From: Anaeramoeba ignava BMAN
Taxonomy: Eukaryota > Protista > Anaeramoebae
Reading direction: 5' to 3'
Length of the DNA stretch: 64,000 bases
Assembly (NCBI GenBank): GCA_028826165.1
Contig: JAPDFW010000004.1
Coordinates: forward strand, 38,350-102,349
Program-made: the position numbers and the translations under genes
Part shown: positions 12,187 through 24,765 of the stretch, piece by piece
Position numbering within the stretch: position 1 is the first letter of the stretch
Layout: each line of letters begins with the position of its first letter
The notes under the pieces: model-generated
What the model was told of the DNA's origin: nothing
The model's database searches: none
Seen by the model: the letters and a program-made list of their open reading frames with translations, nothing else

Positions 12187-15100
12187 ATGTTATCAGTTCT
12201 TCCTTTAAAAAATTTTCGTTTAACTTCAATTCAAAATCATTTACCAACTCAAAAAGCTTTTTCTTTTCCTTCTTTATCAAAACATTTTAATTCTTTATTC
12301 AATTCTATTCAAAATTCAAAAAAAAAATTAAATTTGAAAAAAGAAATAAATCCAAAATACTTTTCCAATAAAAAATCAAATTTAGAAAAAGAAGCAATCA
12401 AATCAGGAAAAAAAATATCAATTACAAGTAAATTAAGAACAAATTAAGAAGGAAAAATACATTAAATATTAAAATAAATATTAAAATAAATATTAAAATA
12501 AATATTAAAATAAATATAAAATAAATATTAAAATAAATATTAAAATAAATATTAAAATAAATATTAAATATTAAATATTAAAATAAATATTAAAATAAAT
12601 ATTAAAATAAATATTAAATTAAATATTAAATTAAATATTAAAATAAATATTAAAATAAATATTAAAATAAATATTAAAATAAATATTAAATTAAATATTA
12701 GGTTAAATTAAATATTAAAATAAATATTAAATTAAATATTAAATTAAATATTAAAAATTAAAATAATTAAAATAAATATTAAAATAAATAAAATAAAAAA
12801 AATTAAATATTAAAATAAATATTAAAATAAATATTAAAAAAAATAAATATTAAAATTAAATATTAAATTAAATATTAAATTAAATATTAAATTAAATATT
12901 AAAATAAATATTAAAAAATAAAAATTAAAATTAAATATTAAAAATAAATATTAAAATAAAATATTAAAAAATAAATATCAAAAAAAAATATAAAAAAAAA
13001 AAATAAATATTAAAATTAAATATAAAAAAAATAAAATAAAATTAAATTAAATATTAAAAAATAAATATTAAAAATAAAAATAAAAATATTAAAAATAAAT
13101 ATTAAATTAAATATTAAAATAAATATTAAAAATAAATATTAAATTAAATATTAAAATAAATATTCAAAATAAATATCAAAATAAATATTAAAAATTAAAT
13201 ATTAAAATAAATATTAAAAAAAAAAATAAAATATTAAAATAAATATTAAAAATAAATATTAAAAATTAGATATTAAATTAAAATTAAAAATAAAAATAAA
13301 AATAAAATTTTATTAAAATAAATATTAAAAATAAATAAATATTAAATTAAATATTAAATTAAATATTAAATTAAAAATTTAAAAATATTAAATTAAATAT
13401 TAAAAATAAATATTAAAATAAATATTAAAATAAATATTAAAATAAATATTAAAAATTAAATATTAAAATAAATATTAAAATAAATATTAAAATAAATATT
13501 AAAATAAATATTAAAATTAATATTAAATTAAATATTAAAATAAATATTAAAATTAAATATTAAAATAAATATTAAAATAAATATTAAAATAAATATTAAA
13601 ATAAATATTAAATTAAATATTAAATTAAATATTAAAATAAATATTATAATAAATATTAAATTAAATATTAAATTAAATATTAAATTAAATATTAAAATAA
13701 ATATTCAAAATAAATATTAAAATAAATATTAAATTAAATATTAAATATAAAAATAGATCCTCTTGATAACACAATTCCAACTTCATTACCAATAATTGCT
13801 TTAGATCATACACCATTATTTCCAGGATTTGGAATTGTAGCGACAATCCGAAATAAAGAATATCAAAACCTTATAAATAAAAATAATGGATATGTTGGGA
13901 TGTTTCTTTTAGATTCTGACTCAAGAAGACCACAAATTACTATGGATAGTAGATTAATAAATAAAGGACAAGAATTAGTGAAACGATTCCAACTTTCAAT
14001 GGATGCAACTCATGGTTATAATTATCCAACTTTTTTTATTTTTGGAAAAAAAATTTCTGGTCATATTCCTAAATTTGGAATCAAAAATGAAAAACTAATT
14101 GGTTTGGCACAAGAGAGTATTCCTAATCTTACTATGGATATTCGGGAAATACTGAATACTCTTAATGTTGGTGTTCTTGCTAAAGCTTTTCAATTTAAAG
14201 ATTTTCCTACAACTTATGGTTATGGGGATCATGATGATCTTTATTTTTTTTATGGTTTGCAAAGAATTTCAATTGATAAAGCCCATGAAGAATTGAATTA
14301 TTATTCCACTACTTATAAAATTCTTGAAGTGAGTTTATTAAATATTTTATTAAATATTTTATTAATTATTTTATTAATTATTTTATTATTTAATTAATTA
14401 TTTTATTATTTAATTAATTATTTTATTAATTATTTTATTTAATTATTTAATTAAATATTTTTTTCCGATTTTGATTTTATTAATTTTATTAATTATTTTA
14501 TTAATTTTTATTAATTATTTTATTAATTATTTTATTAATTTTTTATTAATTATTTTATTAATTATTTTATTAATTATTTTATTTAATATTTTATTAATTA
14601 TTTTATTAATTATTTTATTAATTATTTTATTAATTATTTTATTAATTATTTTATTAATTATTTTATTAATTATTTTATTTTATTTATTATTTTTTTTATT
14701 AATTATTTTTATTTTATTATTTTTATTTATTTATTTTTTTAATTATTATTAATTATTTAATTAATTATTTTATTAATTATTTTATTAATTATTTTATTAA
14801 TTATTTTATTAATTATTTTATTAATTATTTTATTAATTATTTTATTTAATATTTTATTAATTATTTTATTAATTATTTAATTAAATATTTTTTTAATTAT
14901 TTTATTAATTATTTTATTAATTATTTAATTAAATATTTTTTTCCGATTTTGATTTTATTAATTTTATTTCAATTTATTTAATTAATTTTTATTCAAAAAA
15001 AAGGATCCAAAAATACCAAATAATGATATAGATGTTCGAGCATATGCTCAATTAATTTATAAAGCTTTAGATAAAAAAATATCTGATAGTCCAAAAATAA

Positions 15101-18100
15101 GTGTATTTTAAAAATATATTTTTCCAAATTCAAAATTTTAGAATCCATTTTCTAAAATGAAAATTATTTATAAATAAGTAGAATTTTTTCGATTTATCTG
15201 ATATTAATGCTTTAATAAATTGTGCGACACCAATTTCTAAATCTACACCAGATCAAAAACAAGTAATTTTTTAATTTCAAAAAAATTCAAATCAAAAAAT
15301 TTAAATCAAAAAATTCAAATCAAAAAAATTCAAATCAAAAAAATTTAAATCAAAAAAATTTAAATCAAATTCAAATCAAAAAATTTAAATCAAAAAATTT
15401 AAATCAAAAAATTTAAATCAAAAAATTTAAATCAAATTTAAATCAAATCAAATTCAAATCAAAAAAATTTAAATCAAAAAAATTTAAATCAAAAAAAAGG
15501 AAATCCTTGAATCAAATCAAACAGTAGACCGTTTATCAAAACTTTATAATATAATTATGGAGGATAATTCACTTATAGATGCTAAAAATGAACTAGATAA
15601 AAAAGCAAGTGATGAATCAGCAAAAAATATGAAAAGATATCGAATTGAAAATGAACTGAGATTTTTAACATCTTTATCAGAAAGTATTTCGGTTTCAGAT
15701 TCACCATACATAAAGAAACTTCACGACAAAGTGATACCAGGAAAAGTGCTTGAAATTATCAAATCAGAAATACAAAAACTTCAACAAACGGATAAAAGAT
15801 CAATTGAATATGGAGTAACAAAAGAGTATCTTGAATGGCTAAGTATATTGCCATGGGGAGTCAACGATCCCATTCATAAAGATATCAATCAAGCAAAAAA
15901 AATACTAGATGAGGATCATTTTGGACTTCAAGATATAAAAGAACGAATTCTTGAATTTATTGCAGTGGAAAATTTACTTGAACATGCAGGCGGCAAAATA
16001 ATTTGCTTTGTAGGTCCGCCTGGTGTTGGGAAATGCTTGGGATTTAATACTCAAGTTATGCTTGCAAATGGAAAATGCGCAGCTGTTCAAGATATCAAAC
16101 CTGGTCATGTTTTATTAGGCGATGATTCAAATCATCGAAATGTTTTGTCAATCACTAAAGGATTTGGAAAGTTGTTTAATATCATAGATAAAAATTCACG
16201 CCAATCGTTTGTTGTTAATGAGGAGCATATTCTTTGTTTGAAATTTTGTGGGAATGATTATTCGAAAATTAAATGGAATAAGAAACTCAATTGTTATCAA
16301 ATCAAATTCCTTGAAAATCATCAATTCAAAACTTTTTTCATTACTGATTTGTATCGAAAAGGAAAATTCAGCAAAAAAAAAGTTAAATTGTTTGCTAAGA
16401 AAATTCGCAAGTCTTTAAATCTTACAAAATTCGGTGATATTGTTGAAATTTCTGTTAAAGATTATATGAAAAAATCCAATGAATGGAAAAAATTATATTG
16501 TGGTTATCGAACATTTGTTGAATTCAAAGAGAAACAAACCGATCAAGATCCGTTTGTTTTGGGAAGAAATTCTGCGAATCATGAATTACAAATTGCGATG
16601 TCATTAGAAAATGGAAAGAAAATGAAACCAAATACAGATACAGATACAAAAAAAGAAAAGAAGAGAATAATCCCTGAAAATATCAAGTTCAATTCCAAAA
16701 GAATTCGTCAAGAGTATTTGGATGGATTTCTTGAATCTGCAGCAAAATTATCCAAAAAAAGGAATCAATGCGAAGTTTTATTATCAAATTCAAATTTTGT
16801 TAATGATTTTGAATATTTATGTAGATCACTTGGAATTCATTTTGTGAAAAGTGGGAATTCAATTATAAAATTTAGGTTGTATAATTTTGATAGAAAAACG
16901 AAGAGAATTAATTATAAAAAACAAAATCAGAAAAAAGAAAAAGATTTAATGTTTCCAATTTCTGTTTGTTATTCTGGAGAAGGAAATTATTATGGATTTG
17001 AGTTGGATGGAAATGGGAGGTTTTTATTAGGAGATTTTACTGTAACACATAATTCATCAATTGCACAAAGTATTGCAAGAGCATTAGAAAGAAAATTTTA
17101 TAGATTTTCAGGTTAAAAATTTCAAAAATTATTGAAAAAAATTATTGAAAAAAATTATTGAAAAAAAAACTTTTTTTTTAATTTATTAGTTGGAGGTATG
17201 AGAGATGTTGGAGAGATTAAAGGTCATCGTAGAACTTATGTTGGTGCTTTACCTGGAAAAATGATACAAAGTCTTAAGATAACTCAAACAAGTAATCCTG
17301 TGATATTAATTGATGGTAAATTGGAAAAATATTAAAAAATATTAAAAAATTAAAATATTAAAATATTATTTAAAAAATATTCAAAAATATTCAAAAAATA
17401 TTCAAAAAATATTCAAATAATATTAAATAATATTCAAAAATATTCAATAATATTAAATAATATTCAATAATATTTAATAATATTTAATAATATTCAATAA
17501 TATTCAATTAATATTTAATAATATTCAATTAATATTTAATAATATTCAATAATATTCAAATAATATTCAATAATATTTAATAATATTCAATAATATTCAA
17601 ATAATATTTTAATAATATTTAATAATAATTTAATAATATATTCAATAATATTCAATAATATTCAATAATATTCAATAATATTCAATAATATTCAATAATA
17701 TTTAATAATATTCAATAATATTAAATAATATTTAATAATATTTAATAATATTAAATAATATTCAAAAATATTCAATAATATTCAATAATATTCAATAATA
17801 TTTAATAATATTCAATAATATTCAATAATATTCAATAATATTCAATAATATTTAATAATATTCAATAATATTTAATAATATTTAATAATATTTAATAATA
17901 TTTAGTAATATTTAATAATATTTAATAATATTAAATAATATTTAATAATATTCAAAAATATTCAATTAATATTCAATAATATTCAATAATATTCAATAAT
18001 ATTCAAAAATATTCAAAAATATTCAATAATATTCAATAATATTCAATAATATTCAATAATATTTAATAATATTCAATAATATTTAATAATATTCAATAAT

Positions 18101-20200
18101 ATTCAATAATTAAAAATATTTAAATAATATTCAATAATATTCAATAATATTCAATAATATTTAATAATATTTAATAATATTCAATAATTAAAAAATATTT
18201 AAATAATATTCAATAATATTCAATAATATTCAATAATATTCAATAATATTTAATAATATTTAATAATATTATTTAATAATATTCAATAATATTCAATAAT
18301 ATTCAATAATATTCAAATAATATTCAATAATATTCAATAATATTCAAATAATATTCAAATAATATTCAATAATATTCAATAATATTTAATAATATTCAAA
18401 TAATATTCAATAATATTCAATAATATTCAAAAATATTCAAAAATATTCAAATAATATTCAATATTCAATAATATTCAATAATATTCAATAATATTCAATA
18501 ATATTTAATAATATTCAATAATATTCAATAATATTCAATAATATTCAATAATATTTAATAATATTTAATGATATTCAATAATATTTAATAATATTTAAAA
18601 ATATTTAAAAATATTTAATAATATTCAATAATATTAAAATAATATTTAAAAATATTTAAATAATAAATTAGAAATTGATAAAATTGGACAAAGTTTCAAA
18701 GGAGATCCTGCAAGTGCGCTTCTTGAGGTTTTAGATCCAGAACAAAACTTTGAATTCATTGATCACTATTTAGATGTACCATTTGATCTATCCAAAATAA
18801 CATTTATCTTAACAGCCAATGATGCAACACAAATTCCAAGAACTTTATTAGATCGATTAGAAGTTATTCAACTCTCAGGATATGTATTAAAGGAAAAATT
18901 AATGATAGCAAAAAATCATTTTCTTCAAAAAATCAAAAAAGAAACAGGTTTAAGTAAATGTGATATTCAAATAACAGATGAAGCTATTATTAAAATAATT
19001 CGCGATTATTGTCGCGAACCTGGCGTTAGAAATTTATCTAATCAACTCGAGAAAATTTATCGCAAAATTGCTTTTAAATATTGCAATTTGAATTCAAATC
19101 AAAGAGATTCTTTTCATGTTTTTATTGATAAAAAGGATATTGTTGATTATTTGGGAACTCGTAAATATTCAAAGGATAGGATTTTTGAAAAAACTATTCC
19201 TGGTGTTGCAACCGGTCTTGCTTGGACTCCTTTTGGTGGTGTTGTTATTTATATTGAAACAATTGTATCTGATGTTGCAAATCTTGAAAGAAAAAACAAG
19301 AATCAAAATTCAAATCAAAATTCAAATCCAAAAAAATTAGTTTATAATTCAAATCCAAAAAAATTAGTTTATAATTCAAATCCAAAAAAATTAGTTTATA
19401 ATTCAAATCAAGATTCAATTAAAAACTTAATTCAAGATTCAATTCAAAATTTAATTCAAGATTCAATCGAAAATTTAAATCAAAATTTAATTGAAAATTT
19501 AAATCAAAATTCAAATGAAAATTTAAATCAAAATTTAAATCAAAATTCAAATAAAAATTCAAATGGAAATTCAAATCAAAATTTAAATCAAAATTCAAAT
19601 CAAAATTTAAATGGAAATTCAAATGAAAATTTAAATCAAAATTTAAAAGAAAATTCAAATCAAAATTCAAATGGAAATTCAAATGAAAATTCAAATGAAA
19701 ATTCAAATAAATATGAAATAAGAGAAGCTGGAGGAACATTATTCACAACAGGAAATATTGGGAATGTTATGCAAGAAAGCACACAAATAGCATATAGTTT
19801 TGCCAAAAGATTTCTTGAGAAACACGATAAAAACAATAAATTTTTTTTCAACACGATTCACATGCACATTCCCAAAGGGGCTATACCTAAAGATGGACCA
19901 TCAGCTGGAGTAACGATGGTCACAGCATTATTATCTCTTGCTTTAAATGAGCCAGTCAAACAAGAAACTGCAATGACTGGTGAAATTACTTTGAATGGAA
20001 AAGTTTTGGCTGTTGGTGGTATTAAAGAAAAGGTTATTGGTGCTAGTATTTCTGGTATAAAAAATATCATTTTACCTGTGGAAAATAAAAGAGATTGGGA
20101 TGAAATTGACCCTTTTATTAGAACTGATTTGAAAGTTATTTTTGTTCAAGATTATCAAGAAATTTTTGATGAAGTTTTTAGTTTTGAAAAGAAGAATTAA
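12187..20200 (+). CDS. LON: Lon (LonA-type) ATP-dependent protease with N-terminal organellar targeting-like extension and an in-frame intein; exons 12187-12427, 13757-14328, 15004-15102, 15182-15262, 15500-17111, 17190-17315, 18672-20200
   Basis: Lon N-domain [14 protein letters not shown]; [11 protein letters not shown]; [21 protein letters not shown]; Walker A GPPGVGK|S; [24 protein letters not shown]; Walker B LIDEIDK; [16 protein letters not shown]; catalytic Ser PKDGPSAG and Lys GGIKEK. All six GT-AG introns keep frame. Confidence 0.95.
12460..13750. repeat. Intronic satellite (AAATAAATATTA-like, ~12-13 bp) in Lon intron 1
   Basis: Tandem AAAATAAATATT / AAATTAAATATT units fill intron 12428-13756. 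Confidence 0.9.
14340..14990. repeat. Intronic satellite (TTATTTTATTAA, 12 bp) in Lon intron 2
   Basis: Tandem units inside intron 14329-15003; source of the spurious LIIL-repeat ORF. Confidence 0.85.
16034..17053 (+). mobile_element. Intein (340 aa) with degenerate LAGLIDADG homing endonuclease, inserted in Lon Walker A
   Basis: Starts with Cys ([13 protein letters not shown]); block B-like FVVNEEHIL; block [17 protein letters not shown]; ends VTHN followed by +1 Ser. Removal gives [26 protein letters not shown], the canonical Lon P-loop context. Confidence 0.97.
17330..18665. repeat. Intronic satellite (AATAATATTC/T, 10 bp) in Lon intron 6
   Basis: Tandem units inside intron 17316-18671. 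Confidence 0.9.
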
Positions 20201-20659
20201 AATTAAATCAAATTTAAATTTAAAATTAAAATCAAAATTAAAAATTAAAATTAAAATTAAAATTAAAATTAAATTTAAAATTAAAATTAAAATTAAAATT
20301 AAAATTAAAATTAAAATTAAAATTAAAATTAAAATTAAAATTTAAAATTAAAATTAAAATTAAAATCAAAATTAAAATTAAAATTAAAACTAAAATTAAA
20401 ATTAAAATTAAAAAATAAATTTCGGATAAAAAATATTTCTTTTTTTTTTAAAATTTTTGCTAAATTTTTGATTGATGTTGCAAGTAAAACAATCTCAATC
20501 TTTCAAGTAAAAAAAAAATTTCAATCTTTCAAGTAAAAAATTAGAAAAAAAAAATGGAAAAAAAAATGAAGTGAAAAAGCGAGAAAGAAGAAAGTCAACA
20601 AAACAAGAAAAATCTGAAAAAAAAAAAACCAAAATTGATTTCCTTGTGATTTGAATTAA

Positions 20660-23600
20660 TTATAAAAGAATGCATTTTTTCTTTTTGACAGCTGGCTTAT
20701 CATTTTTTGAAGTAATTGTTCTAATTGCTTCTTCAAAAATCTCTTTCAAATTGTGTCTTGTTTTTGCAGAACATTCAAGATATTTAGTTGCATTTATTTT
20801 TTTAGCCAAATCTTGACCCTTTATTATTTTTTAAAATAAAGAATAAATATAATTATAAATTTAATTATAAATTTAATTATAAATATAATTATAAATTTAA
20901 TTATAAATTTAATTATAAATATAATTATAAATATAATTATAAATTTAATTATAAATTTAATTATAAATATAATTATAAATTTAATTATAAATTTAATTAT
21001 AAATATAATTATAAATTTAATTATAAATTTAATTATAAATTTAATTATAAATATTATTATAAATTTAATTATAAATATAATTATAAATTTAATTATTAAT
21101 TTAATTATAAATTTAATTATAAATTTAATTATAAATTTAATTATAAATTTAATTATAAATTTAATTATAAATTTAATTATAAATTTAATTATAAATTTAA
21201 TTATAAATTTAATTATAAATATAATTATAAATATAATTATAAATATAAATATAAATTTAATTATAAATTTAATTATAAATATAATTATAAATATAATTAT
21301 AAATTTAATTATAAATTTAATTATAAATATAATTATAAATTTAATTATAAATTTAAATATAAATTTAATTATAAATATAATTATAAATTTAATTATAAAT
21401 ATAATTATAAATTTAATTATAAAATATAATTATAAATTTAATTATAAATATTATTATAAATTTAATTATAAATATTATTATAAATTTAATTATAAATATA
21501 ATTATAAATATAATTATAAATTTAATTATATATTTAATTATAAATTTAATTATAAATTTAATTATAAATATAATTATAAAATTTTGTTATAAATTTAATT
21601 ATAAATTTAATTATAAAATTTTATTATAAATTTAATTATAAATTTGATTATAAATTTAATTATAAATTTAATTATAAATTTAAATATAAATTTAATTATA
21701 AATTTAATTATAAATATAAATATAAATATAATTATTAATTTAATTATAAATATAATTATAAATTTAATTATAAAATATAATTATAAATTTAATTATAAAT
21801 TTAATTATAAGTTTAATTACAAAATATAATTACAAATATAATTATAAATTTAATTATAAATATAATTATAAATTTAATTATAAACTTAATTATAAATTTA
21901 ATTTATAAATTTAATTATAAATTTAATTATAAATTTAATTATAAATTTAATTATAAATTTAATTATAAATTTTAATTATAAATATAATTATATAAATATA
22001 ATTATAATTATAAATTTAATTATAAATTTAATTATAAATTTAATTATAAATTTAATTATAAATTTAATTATAAATTTAATTATAAATTTAATTATAAATT
22101 TAAATATAAAATTAATTATAAATTTAATTATAAATTTAATTATAAATATAATTATAAATTTAATTATAAATTTAATTATAAATATAATTATAAATATAAT
22201 TATAAATTTAATTATAAATTTAATTATAAATATAATTATAAATTTAATTATAAATATAATTATAAATTTAATTATAAATTTAATTATAAATATAATTATA
22301 AATATAATTATAAATTTAATTATAAATTTAATTATAAATAATTATAAATATAATTATAAATTTAATTATAAATTTAATTATAAATATAATTATAAATATA
22401 ATTATAAAATTAATTATAAATTTAATTATAAATATAATTATAAATTTAATTATAAATTTAATCGTAAATATTATTATAAATATAATTATAAATTTTTTTG
22501 CTAGTTAAATATTTTAAATAAAAAAAAGAAATAAAAAGAAAAACAAGAGAAGAAAAAAACAAACCATTTGAGGAGTAATAAAAGAAGCGTTGTTTTTTTT
22601 CATTTCTTCTTGAGCAAGAGGATCAGTTCGAAGATCTGTTTTTGTTCCAACAAGAATAACTGGGGCATTAGAACAATAATGACGAACCTCGCCAGCCCAC
22701 TAGAAATAAAAAGAAGAAGATAAGAAACATTTGCGGAGAAAAAAAATTTTTTGAGAAGAATTTCTTGATTACTTTTGTCACAACGTTTTCATAAGAAAAA
22801 TGATTATCAATTGCAAAACATATTAAAATAATGTTCGCATTAGGATAACTTAAGGGTCTCAATGAATCGTATTCTTCCTGACCTTTTGGAGTCATAAAAA
22901 GAAATAAACAAAGAAAATTAATCGGTGAACCAAAACTAAAAATACACTTTTAAATTTATAAAATACCTGCAGTATCCCAAACACTCATTTCATATGGTTT
23001 TCCATCAACATCAAATTTTGCGTTATAGTTCTCAAATACTGTTGGTACGTAACCTGATGGGAATCTATGAATAAAAGTAAGGTTATTATTAATATTTTAA
23101 ATAATTTTAATTTTTTTTAAATAAGAATTTTTGAATTATTTATAAATTGAATTAAATTAAATTAAATTATTTATAAATTAAATTAAATTAAATTAAATTA
23201 AATTAAATTAAATTAAATTAAATTAAATTAAATTAAATTGAATTAAATTATTTTAATTTAAATTAAATTATTTATAAATTAAATTAAATTAAATTTATTT
23301 TTAAATTAATTTAAATTTTTTAAATTTAAATTAAATTAAATTAAAATTTTTTAAATTTGAATTAAATTATTTTTTGAATTAAAATTAAATTATTATTTTT
23401 AAATTAAATTATTTTTAAATAAAATTTTTGAATTATTTATAAATTAAATTAAATTATTTATAAATTAAATTAAATTAAATTGAATTAAATTATGAATTAA
23501 ATTATTTATAAATTGAAATAAATTATAAATTGAATTAAATTGAATTATTTTTGAATTAAATTGAATTGAATTGAATTAAATTAAATTATTTATAAATTAA

Positions 23601-24243
23601 ATTGAATTAAAATTATTTTTGAATTAAATTGAATTGAATTAAATTATTTATAAATTAAATTAAATTAAATTAAATTAAATTATTTATAAATTATTTATAA
23701 ATTGAATTAAATTAAATTAAATTAAATTAAATTAAATTAATTTTAAATTTTTATAAATTAAATTAAATTATTTTTAAATTGAATTAAATTTTTTAAATTA
23801 AATTATTTAAATTAAATTAAATTAAATTTTTTAAATTAAATTAATTAAAAATAAATTAAATTTTTAAATTAAATTAAATTATTTTAAAAATTATTTTAAA
23901 TTAAATTGAATTAAATTTTAAATTATTTTTTGAAATTGAATTGAATATTTTTGAATTTTAAATTAAATAAATTTTTTGAAATTAAATTATTTTAGAAATT
24001 AAATTAAATTAAATTTAAATTAAATTAAATTAAATTGAATTAAATTGAATTGAATTATTTATTATTAAATTAAATTATTTATAAATTATTTTTGAAATTG
24101 AATTAAATTATTTTTGAATTAAATTATTTTTGAATTATTTTTGCGTACTTATTTTCAATGAATGTAATGAGCATGCATGTTTTTCCTGTTGCTCCATCTC
24201 CTACACACACTAATTTGAATCGATTTTGTGCTAAAGTTGTCAT
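20660..24243 (-). CDS. Rho-family small GTPase; exons 24243-24149, 23064-22967, 22882-22773, 22699-22565, 20818-20660
   Basis: Spliced product: [17 protein letters not shown]...[13 protein letters not shown]...[18 protein letters not shown]...[10 protein letters not shown] (Rho insert follows)...YLECSAK...KKKKCILL* (polybasic + CaaL prenylation signal). Largely missed by the ORF track. Confidence 0.95.
20845..22495. repeat. Intronic satellite (ATAAATTTAATT, 12 bp) in Rho intron 4
   Basis: Tandem ATAAATTTAATT/ATAAATATAATT units inside intron 22564-20819. Confidence 0.9.
23140..24140. repeat. Intronic degenerate (AAATT/GAATT)n microsatellite in Rho intron 1
   Basis: 5-bp units with interruptions inside intron 24148-23065. 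Confidence 0.8.
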
Positions 24244-24765
24244 TTTTTTTTAATTTTTTTGTTTGTTTTTTGTTTTTTTTTGTTTTTATTGTTTTTGTTG
24301 TTTTATCTTTTGAAAAAAATAAATGAAAATCAATTAGAAAAGAAAAAAAAAATGATTTTCATTTTTTTCATTTTTAAAAAAAAGAGTAAAATATTTTTTT
24401 TTATTTTTTAATTATTTTTTTATTTTTTAATTAAATAAAAACATTAGTCAGTTTTAAATTTTATTGAATAATTTTATTTTTTATTTTTCGAAATTTTTTT
24501 AATTTAAACAAAAAATATTTTATTCCAATTTTATTTTCTAATTTATCTTTTATTGAAAATTTATTAATTTTATTAATTCAATTCAATTCAAAAATAATTT
24601 TTCATTTAAATAAAGAAAAGATCAAAATTCCTTCTTTTTTTAATTTTTTTCTTTTTTCTTTTTTTTTTGTTGATCCAATTTTTTTTGGAATTAAATCAAT
24701 ATTAATAAAAAAAAAAACAGAAAGAAAATTAATCTGAAGATTGATCTCTCTTTCTTAATTTCATT

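Noticed and set aside
14471-14752. Hydrophobic LIIL-repeat ORF resembling a membrane protein
   Set aside because: Lies inside Lon intron 2 and is a translation of the 12-bp satellite.
16034-17053. Insert as a spliceosomal or self-splicing intron
   Set aside because: No GT-AG ends, fully open frame, and protein-level C...HN/S intein termini.
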